DNA of 64,000 bases, from contig JBFWRS010000003.1 of NCBI GenBank assembly GCA_050248795.1, positions 6,500 through 70,499 on the forward strand. Direction: 5' to 3'. The position numbers and the translations under genes are program-made. The stretch comes from Burkholderiales bacterium. GTDB lineage: Bacteria; Pseudomonadota; Gammaproteobacteria; Burkholderiales; SG8-39. Under the pieces are notes generated by a model. That model saw only the letters and a list, made by a program, of their open reading frames with translations, was not told the origin of the DNA and ran no database searches. Positions 53,600 to 62,107 of this stretch are shown in pieces (position 1 is the stretch's first letter; every line of letters begins with the position of its first letter).

Positions 53600-55141
53600 G
53601 TGGAACCGCTCGTTGCCGCATTGCAGGACCCGGCCTGCTACCCCCATCCGGTCGCCGGCGTGCAGCTCATCGAGACGCACATCTCCTGGGTGCTGCTGGC
53701 GGGCGACTACGCCTACAAGATCAAGAAGCCGGTGCGATTCGCCTTCCTCGATTTCTCGACGCTCGAGGCGCGCAGGCGCTACTGCGAGGAGGAACTGCGC
53801 CTGAACCGCCGCACCGCAGCCAGCTACTACCTCGACGTGGTGGGCATCACGCAGGGTGACGCCGGCGTTCGGATTGCTGCCGCGGGCCAGCCGGTGGAGT
53901 ACGCGGTACGCATGCGCAGGTTCCCGCCAGGCGCGCTGGCCGAGGACGCGGCCAGGCGCGGTGCGCTAGACGCCGCCGGCATCGACGCGATCGCGGCGGC
54001 GGTGGCGGCGTTCCATGCCGAGACGCCGCGCGCCGGGTCGGGCGATGCCTGGGGCGAGCCGCGGGACATCGCCGCGCAGGCGCTCGCCAACTTCGACGAC
54101 ATCGCCGCGCTCGCGCCGTCGCCGGGCGGCGCAGATGCCGCGCGGCTGGCGTTCCTGCGCGACTGGACGCGGCGCGCGTGCGCCGAGCTGGCGCCAGCGT
54201 TCGATGCGCGGCGCGCCGGCGGCTTCGTGCGCGAATGCCACGGCGACCTGCACCTTGGCAACATCGCCTTCGTCGACGGCGGCGCGATGCCCTTCGACTG
54301 CATCGAGTTCGACCCGGGCTTGCGCTGGATCGACGTCGTCAGCGAGATCGCGTTCCTCTTCATGGACCTGCTCGCGCACCGGCTGCACGCGCTGGCATGG
54401 CGCCTGCTGAACGCCTGGCTGCAGGAAAGCGGCGACTACGCGGGCGTCCGGCTGCTGCGCTTTTACGCCGTGTACCGCGCCATGGTGCGCGCCAAGGTGG
54501 CGCGGCTGTCGGGCGCGCTCGACGCGGCCTCCGGCTATATCGCGCTGGCCGACGCGCTCGCCCGCGTCGAGCCGCACGGCCTGGTGCTGATGCATGGCGT
54601 GTCGGGCGCTGGCAAGACGGTGGCGTCGCAGGCGCTGCTCGAGCACCTGGGTGCGGTGCGCCTGCGTTCGGACGTCGAGCGCAAACGCCTCGCGGGCCTG
54701 GCGGCGCAGGCGCGCGCGGCCGCGCCGCCGGGCGCGGGCATCTACGATGACCGTTCGACCGAGCGCACCTACGAGCGGCTGGCGGTGCTTGCCGCCGGGA
54801 TCCTCGAATCAGGCTGGCCGGCAGTGGTGGACGCGGCGTTCCTTCAGCGCGCGCAGCGAGACGCGCTGCGGGGCGTGGCGCAGCGGCTGCGCCTGCCCTG
54901 CGCGATCGCCGCGTGCGAGGCGCCGGAAGCGGATCTGCGCCGCCGCATCGCGGCGCGCGAAGCCGCGGCGCAGGATGCATCCGACGCCGGCATCGCGGTG
55001 CTGGAGCGCCAGCTCGCGGACCGCGAGCCGCTGGGGGAAGACGAGCAGCGCATGGCGGTGCGCATCGACACGCAGGACGGGAATGCGTTGCGCCAGGGCC
55101 TGGAAGAGATCGCGCTGCGGCTGGCGCAGCCGGGCGGCTGA
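53600..55141 (+). CDS. bifunctional aminoglycoside-phosphotransferase-like kinase / P-loop ATP-binding protein (Rv2004c-like)
   Basis: APH/kinase motifs [11 protein letters not shown] and CIEFD. C-terminal Walker [12 protein letters not shown] at 53600 preferred; the track start at 53510 would span the FNR box and overlap groEL. Confidence 0.75.
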   Translation: MEPLVAALQDPACYPHPVAGVQLIETHISWVLLAGDYAYKIKKPVRFAFLDFSTLEARRRYCEEELRLNRRTAASYYLDVVGITQGDAGVRIAAAGQPVEYAVRMRRFPPGALAEDAARRGALDAAGIDAIAAAVAAFHAETPRAGSGDAWGEPRDIAAQALANFDDIAALAPSPGGADAARLAFLRDWTRRACAELAPAFDARRAGGFVRECHGDLHLGNIAFVDGGAMPFDCIEFDPGLRWIDVVSEIAFLFMDLLAHRLHALAWRLLNAWLQESGDYAGVRLLRFYAVYRAMVRAKVARLSGALDAASGYIALADALARVEPHGLVLMHGVSGAGKTVASQALLEHLGAVRLRSDVERKRLAGLAAQARAAAPPGAGIYDDRSTERTYERLAVLAAGILESGWPAVVDAAFLQRAQRDALRGVAQRLRLPCAIAACEAPEADLRRRIAAREAAAQDASDAGIAVLERQLADREPLGEDEQRMAVRIDTQDGNALRQGLEEIALRLAQPGG

Positions 55142-55157
55142 CGCGGGCGCGCCGGGC

Positions 55158-56135
55158 CTATCGATGCGCCATCACGCGCGCGATCATTTCGTCGAGGTCG
55201 GCGTGGTGGTTCAGCACCTGGTCTACCGCCTGCGAGATCGGCATGTCGACGCCGAGCTTGCGCGCGAGCGCGACGATGCCTTCGGCCGAGGCCGCGCCCT
55301 CGGTGACCACGGTGCGGCCGGCCAGTACCTCGGCGGCGGATTTACCCTCGCCGAGGGCGACCCCGAACGAGGTGTTGCGCGAATGCAGGCTGTTGGCGGT
55401 CAGCATCATGTCGCCGATGCCGGCGAGGCCGTCGAAAGTCTCGCGGCTCGCGCCTTTCGCCAGGCCGAGGCGCACCGCCTCGGTCAGTCCGAGCGTGATG
55501 ACGGTGGCACGCGCGTTCTCGCCCAGCTTCCTGCCGGCGGCGACGCCGCTGGCGATGGCGATGACGTTCTTCATCACGCCGCCGATCGCGGCGCCGATCA
55601 GGTCGTCGATCGGGTGCACGCAGAAATGCGGGTTGGCGATGGTGGTGGCGAGTGCCCGCGCCAGCGACAGGTCGGCCGCGGCCAGCGCGACACCGCAGGG
55701 CAGGTCCTCGGCCAGTTCGCGCGCGAAGGATGGCCCGGAGAGGATCGCGATGCGCGCCTGTGGCAGTGTTTCGGCCAGAACCTCGGGCATCAGCGCCAGC
55801 GTGCCGCGCTCGATGCCCTTGGAGCAGCTCACCACCGGCAAGCCGGGTTTCAGGTGCGGCCGCAGCGCGGTGGTGACCTCGCGCATGCGCTGTGCCGGCG
55901 GCGCGAGCACCAGCACTTCGGCGTGCGCGGTTGCCGCGGCGAGGTCGCCGGTGGCGACGATGCCTGGAACGAGCTGCGCGCCGGCGAGGAACTGCCTGTT
56001 AACCCCCGCGCTGTTGATAGAGTCGACCACTTCCGGCTCGCGCGCCCACAGGAGGACGTCGTGTCCGGACCTGCGCACGACGCATGCCATGGCGGTGCCG
56101 AACGCGCCACCGCCGATGATGCCGATGTTTGCCAT
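55158..56135 (-). CDS. gpsA: NAD(P)H-dependent glycerol-3-phosphate dehydrogenase
   Basis: MANIGIIGGGAFGTA Rossmann motif, GPSFA and GVMKNVIAIA motifs. The track ORF to 56438 is an upstream extension in the same frame. Confidence 0.85.
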   Translation of the reverse strand: MANIGIIGGGAFGTAMACVVRRSGHDVLLWAREPEVVDSINSAGVNRQFLAGAQLVPGIVATGDLAAATAHAEVLVLAPPAQRMREVTTALRPHLKPGLPVVSCSKGIERGTLALMPEVLAETLPQARIAILSGPSFARELAEDLPCGVALAAADLSLARALATTIANPHFCVHPIDDLIGAAIGGVMKNVIAIASGVAAGRKLGENARATVITLGLTEAVRLGLAKGASRETFDGLAGIGDMMLTANSLHSRNTSFGVALGEGKSAAEVLAGRTVVTEGAASAEGIVALARKLGVDMPISQAVDQVLNHHADLDEMIARVMAHR

Positions 56136-56168
56136 GGTCAAATCATGCCTTGGAAGCCCGGCCTGCGC

Positions 56169-56182
56169 TTGACCGGGATCAA
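56169..56182. promoter_or_regulatory. FNR/Anr box between divergent gpsA and FGGY kinase
   Basis: TTGACcgggATCAA, 33 bp from the gpsA ATG (56135) and 30 bp from the FGGY ATG (56213). CATGAT hexamer 21 bp away on the gpsA side. Confidence 0.7.
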
Positions 56183-56212
56183 ACCGGGCGGGTCGATGCG
56201 CGTGGGGACGAA

Positions 56213-57676
56213 ATGACGACGATGGCGGCGGATTCCGGGCGCCTGGTGCTGGCGATAGACCAGGGCACGCACGCGAGCAGGGCGCTGGTGCTGGATGCGC
56301 GCGGGCAGATCCTCGCCTCGGCGGAGCAGGGCATCGGCCTCGCCCGCCCCCAGGCCGACTGGGCGGAGCAGGATGCGGACGAGGTCGTCGCCTCGGTGTT
56401 CGCGGCGGTGGACGCGGCGACGCGCGCGCTCGGTGCACGCCGCGCGGACCTCGCCGCCGCCGGCCTGGCGTGCCAGCGCGCCAGCGCGGTGTGCTGGAAC
56501 CGGCGCGACGGCACGCCGCTGTCGCCTATCTTCAGCTGGCAGGACCGTCGCGCGCACGCGTGGATAGACCAGCTCGCGCCGCATGGCGAGGACGTGCACC
56601 GGCGCACCGGCCTGTTCCTGTCGCCGCACTATGGCGCGTCGAAGCTGCGCTGGGCGCTGGACCACCTGCCCGCGGTGCGCGCGGCGCGGGACGCGGGGAC
56701 GCTGGCGTGGGGGCCGATGGCGAGCTTCGTCGCCTTCCGCCTGCTGAAGGAGCGGCCGCTGTACGCGGATCCGCAGTGTGCGGCGCGCACGCAACTGTGG
56801 AACGTGCACACGCGGGACTGGGATCCGGAGCTGCTGGCGCTGTTCGGCCTGCCGGGCGGATTCCTGCCGGCGAGCTTTCCCACCTGCGGCGCCTGGGGCA
56901 CGCTGCAGGCCGGCGGCGCGAGCGTGCCGCTGACCGCGGTGAACGGCGACCAGTCCGCGGCGATGTTCGCCTTCGGCTGGCCGGAAGGCGATTCGGCGTA
57001 CATCAACATCGGCACCAGCGCGTTCGTGCAGCGCGCGCTGGAACGCTATCCGCAAGGCGTGACGCGCCAGCTCACCGGCATCATCCTGCAAGACGGCGAC
57101 ACCATGCTGTACATGGTGGAGGGCAACGTCAACGGCGCCGGCACCGCACTGGAGTGGTTCGCCAACCAGTTCCCGGTCGAAGGCGACCTGGTGGCGCAAC
57201 TGTCGCATTGGCTCGAGCGTCCGGCCGCTGGGGTGCCGCTGTTCCTGAACGGCATCGCCGGCCTCGGCGGTCCGTTCTGGCAGGCGGAGTTCGCCTCGCG
57301 CTTCGTCGATGATGGGGGCGAGAGTGAAACCTGGCAGAAGGCGGTGGCGCTGGTGGAGAGCATGGCGTTCCTGCTGCAGGCGAACATCGACTACATGGCC
57401 GGCCATGTGCCGGCGCCGCGGCGGATCCGCGTCAGCGGCGGACTGTCGCGCTTCGATGGACTGTGCGCGCGGCTCGCTTCCCTGAGCGGCCTGCCGGCGC
57501 ACCGGCGCGACGACCCCGAGGCGAGCGCGCGCGGCATCGCCTACCTCGCCGCAGGACGGCCCGCGGGCTGGAACTCCGGTGCGCGCGAGGAAATCTTCCC
57601 GCCGCGGCCGGATGCGGGCCTGCGCCAGCGCTACCGGCGCTGGCGCGCGCTGATGGCCGAGGCCACCGGGATCTGA
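56213..57676 (+). CDS. FGGY-family carbohydrate (glycerol-like) kinase
   Basis: LAIDQGTHASRALV N-terminal ATPase motif and FGGY N- and C-terminal domains. Alternative ATG at 56222. Confidence 0.8.
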   Translation: MTTMAADSGRLVLAIDQGTHASRALVLDARGQILASAEQGIGLARPQADWAEQDADEVVASVFAAVDAATRALGARRADLAAAGLACQRASAVCWNRRDGTPLSPIFSWQDRRAHAWIDQLAPHGEDVHRRTGLFLSPHYGASKLRWALDHLPAVRAARDAGTLAWGPMASFVAFRLLKERPLYADPQCAARTQLWNVHTRDWDPELLALFGLPGGFLPASFPTCGAWGTLQAGGASVPLTAVNGDQSAAMFAFGWPEGDSAYINIGTSAFVQRALERYPQGVTRQLTGIILQDGDTMLYMVEGNVNGAGTALEWFANQFPVEGDLVAQLSHWLERPAAGVPLFLNGIAGLGGPFWQAEFASRFVDDGGESETWQKAVALVESMAFLLQANIDYMAGHVPAPRRIRVSGGLSRFDGLCARLASLSGLPAHRRDDPEASARGIAYLAAGRPAGWNSGAREEIFPPRPDAGLRQRYRRWRALMAEATGI

Positions 57677-57688
57677 TCGACCGCCTGC

Positions 57689-57702
57689 TTGACGCAGATC
57701 AA
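57689..57702. promoter_or_regulatory. FNR/Anr box (hsp20-usp-usp operon promoter)
   Basis: TTGACgcagATCAA, identical to the 53553 site. AACAAT hexamer 21 bp downstream. 63 bp from the hsp20 ATG. Confidence 0.75.
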
Positions 57703-57765
57703 CCGCCTGCGGCGGGCGTGCGCAACAATTCACTCGTCATAACCACGGATCCGCAAGGAGGCGAT

Positions 57766-58188
57766 ATGGCGAACATCGTGCGTTCCGGGTCGGTCGAGGA
57801 CATATTCGGCGACCTGATGAAGGGCTTCTGGGTGAAGCCGCTGTCCATGCCCGAGGCGCAGGACATGAAGATAAAGGTAGACGTGACCGAGGGCGACAAG
57901 GCCTACACGGTGCACGCGGAGATCCCCGGCGTGAAGAAGGAAGACATCCAGGTCGAGGTCGACGGCAACGTGGTGTCGATCCGCGCCGAGGTCAAGCGCG
58001 AGTCCGAGGAGAAGAAGGGCGAGAAGGTGCTGCGCAGCGAGCGCTACTACGGCCGCGTCGAGCGCAGCTTCAGCCTGCCGGTCGATATCGACGACAAGGC
58101 GACCGTGGCGAAGTACAAGGACGGCGTGCTGGACCTGACGCTGCCGAAGAAGGCCGCCGCGAGCACGCGGCGCATCGCGGTAGAGTAA
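57766..58188 (+). CDS. Hsp20/alpha-crystallin small heat-shock protein
   Basis: AAGGAGG RBS. Alpha-crystallin domain (...YTVHAEIPGVKKEDIQVEVDGNVVSIRAE...GVLDLTLPK). Confidence 0.9.
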   Translation: MANIVRSGSVEDIFGDLMKGFWVKPLSMPEAQDMKIKVDVTEGDKAYTVHAEIPGVKKEDIQVEVDGNVVSIRAEVKRESEEKKGEKVLRSERYYGRVERSFSLPVDIDDKATVAKYKDGVLDLTLPKKAAASTRRIAVE

Positions 58189-58229
58189 TCAGCCAATCTG
58201 ACAGCGGCCGCGGCCGGGAGGGGACTTCG

Positions 58230-58676
58230 ATGTACAAACGCATACTTGTTCCGGTCGACGGCAGCGCCAGCGCGAACCGCGGCCTGCAGGAGGCGCTGCG
58301 CCTGGCGAGGAACCAGAAGGCGCGCCTGGTCCTGCTGCACGTGGTCGAGGAGCAGTTCGTCACCCAGGCGGCGGAGGCGATGGTGTTCTCGGAGAAGCTG
58401 TTCGAGGCCATGCGCGCAAGCGGTCGCAAGGTGCTGGCGCGTGCCGAGGCGCTCGCGCGCAAGGGCGGCGTCAAGGCGCTGGCGGTGCTGCGCGAATCGG
58501 TTACCGTGCCGGTCGCCGACATGGTGGTGCGCGAGGCGCGCAGGCAGCGCGCCGACCTGATCGTCATCGGGACGCATGGCCGGCGCGGGCTCACGCGCGC
58601 GGTGATGGGCAGCGATGCCGAGGATGTCGTGCGCTCGTCCCCGGTACCGGTATTGCTCGTGCGCGCCAGGCGCTGA
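58230..58676 (+). CDS. universal stress protein (single domain)
   Basis: ILVPVDGS... and ATP motif GTHGRRGLTRAVMGS (G-x2-G-x9-GS). Confidence 0.85.
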   Translation: MYKRILVPVDGSASANRGLQEALRLARNQKARLVLLHVVEEQFVTQAAEAMVFSEKLFEAMRASGRKVLARAEALARKGGVKALAVLRESVTVPVADMVVREARRQRADLIVIGTHGRRGLTRAVMGSDAEDVVRSSPVPVLLVRARR

Positions 58677-58692
58677 ACAGGGAGAAAGCCGC

Positions 58693-59532
58693 ATGAACTA
58701 CAAGACCATCGTCGTACACATGGACCGCAGCGCGCGCCGTGCGCAACGCCTGGACATCGCGCTCGACATGGCGCGGACGCACGACGCGCACCTGGTGGGC
58801 CTGTTCGCGCTCAGCACGCCGCGGATCCCGTCCTACGCGCTCGCCGAGGCCGGCAGTACGGTGCTCGAGCAACTGCGGCTGCGGCAGGCCGAGCAGGCCG
58901 CGGAGGCGGAAGCCGAATTCCGCAAGGCGGCGGCGCGGCACGGCGTCAGCACCGTCGAGTGGCGCGTGTCGCGCCAGGACGCGGTGGGCGCGGCGTGCCT
59001 CAGCGCACGCTACGCGGACCTGCTGATCGCCGGGCAACCGGAGCCGGCGGATGCGATGCCGGCGGGCATTGCGGCGGGTTTTCACGAAGAACTCCTGCTG
59101 TCCACCGGCGGGCCGGTGCTGTTCGTGCCCTATGCCGGGCGCTTCGAGCGTGTCGGCCAGCGCGTGCTGGTCGCCTGGGACGCGGGCCGCGAAGCGGCGC
59201 GCGCGGTGTCGGACGCGCTGCCGCTGCTGGCGCGCGCGGCACATGTGGAGGTCGTGGTGTTCGATCCGGAGAAAAGCCTCGCGCACGGCGACGTGCCGGG
59301 CGCGGACATTTCGCTTTACCTGGCCCGCCACGGCGTCAAGGCCTCTGCGGCGCAGCTCTCCGGCGCCGGCATGGATGTGGGCAACCAGATCCTGTCGCGC
59401 GCAGCCGACCTGGGATCGGACCTGATCGTCATGGGCGGTTACGGCCATTCGCGCATGCGCGAGCTGATGCTCGGTGGGGCGACGCGCACGGTGCTGGAGA
59501 CGATGACCGTCCCGGTGCTGATGTCTCACTGA
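58693..59532 (+). CDS. tandem-domain universal stress protein
   Basis: Two USP halves (IVVHMDRS..., VLVAWDAG...) and C-terminal MGGYGHSRMRELMLGGAT. GGAGAAAG RBS. Confidence 0.85.
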   Translation: MNYKTIVVHMDRSARRAQRLDIALDMARTHDAHLVGLFALSTPRIPSYALAEAGSTVLEQLRLRQAEQAAEAEAEFRKAAARHGVSTVEWRVSRQDAVGAACLSARYADLLIAGQPEPADAMPAGIAAGFHEELLLSTGGPVLFVPYAGRFERVGQRVLVAWDAGREAARAVSDALPLLARAAHVEVVVFDPEKSLAHGDVPGADISLYLARHGVKASAAQLSGAGMDVGNQILSRAADLGSDLIVMGGYGHSRMRELMLGGATRTVLETMTVPVLMSH

Positions 59533-60770
59533 AGCAGCAGTTCCACCGCCCACGCGGCGGCGATGCCGGCGGCCAGGCCGACCGCGACCCGCCAGCCAAA
59601 GCGCACGCCGCCGGTGGCGAATGCGCCGACCGTCTTGCTCACGGCATTGGTGGAGATCGCCAGCAGGCAGGAGAATGCCAGCACATCCGCCGGGAGCCGG
59701 CCGTCGGCGGCAAGCGCGAGCAGCGAAGCGCCGGCGGAATGCGCATCGAGTATTCCGGCCACCGCGGCGCCCACCTGCGCCGCCGCATTGCCGGCAAACT
59801 GGTTCGCCAGACCCACCGCGGTGCTCAGCGCCGCCACGCCCACCGCGAATCCGCTGGCGTGCCAGAGGTTGAAGGCGCGGCCCGGGCGATTCTCCGGCGG
59901 CTTCGCGCCGGCGCTGCTGCGGTAGAACCAGGCGGCGCACAAGACGGTGGCGACGAGGCCGGCGGCGAGCGGCGCCGCAAGCACCGCGAGCGCGGGCGCA
60001 TGGATGCTCGCGGTGATCACCGCGAACAGGATGAAGGTCGCCATGGTGGCGAACAACGAGCCGGCGACGCTCGCCTCCAGCAGCGCAGGTTCCTTGCGCA
60101 CGCGCGCGCCGAGCGCAATGATGGTCGCGGTGCTGGAGACGAAGCCCGACGCCAGGCCCGACAGCGCCATGCCGCGCTGGGTGCCCAGCCAGCGCTGCGC
60201 GATGTAGCCGGCACCCTGCATCGCCATGATGACCACCGCGTAGGTCCACACCACGTGCGGGTTGGTGCCGCCCAGCCAGGCGATCGCTTCGTCGGGCGTC
60301 AGCGGCAGCATGATCAGCACCGCGCCCGCGAACAGCAGCGCGTCGCGCATCTCCCGCTCGGTCAGCACCTGCGTGGAAAAACGGTGCAGCCGGCTGCGCG
60401 CGGCGAGCAGACCGGCAACCACCACCGCGCCGGCGGCGGCGACACCGGGCTGCGGGATGGCGACGACGCCGAGCAGGTAGGTGACGAAGAAGGCGAGCTC
60501 GGTGGTGACCCCGGGGTCGCTCTCACGGCTGCGCAGGTAGGCGATGGCGCTCAACGCAAGGATCATCACCGCGCCCGCGGCGACCAGCAGCGGTTGCTCC
60601 AGTGCCTGCGCGATCGCGCCCGCCAGCGCGGCAAGCGTGAAAGTGCGCACGCCGGCGAGCGCGCGATCGGGGCCGGCGCCCTTGCGCCGTTCCCGCTCGA
60701 CGCCGATCAGCAGCCCGCTGCCCAGGGCGACGAGGAACCCGAGCAGCAGGTTCTCAGGGAGCGCAAGCAT
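59526..60770 (-). CDS. MgtC/SapB-family membrane protein with DUF4010-like C-terminal extension
   Basis: N-terminal LLIGVERERRKG MgtC motif. About 12 hydrophobic segments. Confidence 0.7.
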   Translation of the reverse strand: MLALPENLLLGFLVALGSGLLIGVERERRKGAGPDRALAGVRTFTLAALAGAIAQALEQPLLVAAGAVMILALSAIAYLRSRESDPGVTTELAFFVTYLLGVVAIPQPGVAAAGAVVVAGLLAARSRLHRFSTQVLTEREMRDALLFAGAVLIMLPLTPDEAIAWLGGTNPHVVWTYAVVIMAMQGAGYIAQRWLGTQRGMALSGLASGFVSSTATIIALGARVRKEPALLEASVAGSLFATMATFILFAVITASIHAPALAVLAAPLAAGLVATVLCAAWFYRSSAGAKPPENRPGRAFNLWHASGFAVGVAALSTAVGLANQFAGNAAAQVGAAVAGILDAHSAGASLLALAADGRLPADVLAFSCLLAISTNAVSKTVGAFATGGVRFGWRVAVGLAAGIAAAWAVELLLQ

Positions 60771-60809
60771 GCAGGATCTTACCCGCAGCTTGCGCGCGGG
60801 CGGGGAGCG

Positions 60810-61553
60810 CTAGTGGCTCAGTTCCAGCACGCGCTCGAGCCGGGAGATGTCGGCGATGCGCACGTGCTTCTGCTGCACTTCGATCAGGCCGTCCTTCTGG
60901 AACGCCGAGAACAGCCGGCTCACCGTCTCCAGCTTCAGCCCCAGGTAGCTGCCGATTTCCTCGCGCGTCATGCGCAGGTGGAAGTCGGACTGCGAATAGC
61001 CGCGGCGCACGAAGCGCTTCGAGAGGTTGATGAGGAAGGTGGCCAGGCGCTGCTCGGCCCGCATCGACCCCAGCAGCATCATCACGCCGTGGTCGCGCAC
61101 GATCTCGCGCGCCAGCACTGCGTGCAGGTTGCGCTGCAGCGCGGGTATCTCGCGCGCCATCTGCTCGATCAGCGCATAGGGCAGCACGCAGACTTCGCTG
61201 TCCTCCAGCGCGATCGCCGTGCCGTTGTAGGTCCCGGTGCCGATGCCGTCCATGCCGAGCAGCTCGCCGCCCATGAAGAAGCCGGTGACCTGCTCGCGCC
61301 CTTCGCCGTCGATGAGGATGGTCTTGAAGAAGCCGCTGCGGATCGAGTACACGGCGTTGAACGCCGCGCCGGCATTGAACAGCACGTCGCCGCGCTTCAT
61401 GCGGCGGCGCGCGTAGACCACGTTTTCCATTCGCGCCATGTCCTCGGCGCCCATCGACGCCGGCAGGCACAGTTCGCGCAGGTTGCAGCTGGAGCAGGTA
61501 ACCTCGAACTTCCTCGGGGCGGCTTCCTGCCTGATCGCGGTAACGGCGTACAT
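60810..61553 (-). CDS. fnr: FNR/Anr-family oxygen-sensing transcription regulator
   Basis: N-terminal CSSCNLRELC (C-x2-C-x5-C) plus central Cys (EVCVLPY), cNMP-like barrel and HTH with the ETVSR recognition motif. AAGGAG RBS before the ATG at 61553. Confidence 0.9.
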   Translation of the reverse strand: MYAVTAIRQEAAPRKFEVTCSSCNLRELCLPASMGAEDMARMENVVYARRRMKRGDVLFNAGAAFNAVYSIRSGFFKTILIDGEGREQVTGFFMGGELLGMDGIGTGTYNGTAIALEDSEVCVLPYALIEQMAREIPALQRNLHAVLAREIVRDHGVMMLLGSMRAEQRLATFLINLSKRFVRRGYSQSDFHLRMTREEIGSYLGLKLETVSRLFSAFQKDGLIEVQQKHVRIADISRLERVLELSH

Positions 61554-61564
61554 GACGTACTCCT

Positions 61565-61969
61565 TCAGTGTCTGGCTGCGGCGCGCGCGGCGATCACTTC
61601 GCCGATGCGCTCGAACTCGGTGCTCTTGTCGAAGAAACTGCCTGCGCCCAGCCGCCGCGCGATGCGCCGGTAAGGCTCGGACGAGGAGTTGGAGAGCATG
61701 CACAGCTCGATGTCGGGTGCGGCGTCGTGTATCGCCTGCAGCACCTCGAAACCGCTGCCCTCGTCGAGCATGAAATCGACGATGACCAGGTCGGGGTGCG
61801 CGGCGAGGATGGCGCGGATCGCCTGCTGCGCGCCGCTGGCGTGTCCCACGGCGCGCGCGCCGGCGAGCGTCACCAGGCCTTCCAGGCGCTCGCGCACCAG
61901 AGGAGAATCCTCGACGAAGAAAACGCGTACCGGGGCTGCGACGGGCGGGGTGGCGGTGGCGCACTGCAT
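61565..61969 (-). CDS. single-domain (receiver-only) response regulator
   Basis: VFFVEDS, phospho-acceptor-like IVDFML and conserved FDKS Lys. No output domain. Its stop lies 11 bp upstream of the fnr start codon. Confidence 0.8.
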   Translation of the reverse strand: MQCATATPPVAAPVRVFFVEDSPLVRERLEGLVTLAGARAVGHASGAQQAIRAILAAHPDLVIVDFMLDEGSGFEVLQAIHDAAPDIELCMLSNSSSEPYRRIARRLGAGSFFDKSTEFERIGEVIAARAAARH

Positions 61970-62027
61970 GGACGCAGTGTGGCGCCGCCGGCCGCCGCGG
62001 CCTATCGGCGGATGCCGATTCCGCGCC

Positions 62028-62041
62028 TCGGAATATTCCGA
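62028..62041. repeat. perfect 14-bp palindrome TCGGAATATTCCGA at the GC-content break
   Basis: Read directly. An extra ATTCCG half-site lies 10 bp to the left. About 60-70 bp upstream of the response-regulator start. Confidence 0.4.
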
Positions 62042-62107
62042 AAGTATGTAGTTAGCGAAAGGCGCTACTAAGTGCCCTCGCTAAGACGGGGCTTCCCCAT
62101 CCTGCTG

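Noticed and set aside
58959-61673. 904-aa plus-strand ORF
   Set aside because: It is antisense to the MgtC-like, fnr and response-regulator genes, all of which have diagnostic motifs. Its sequence is Arg/Gly/Ala-rich and low in complexity.
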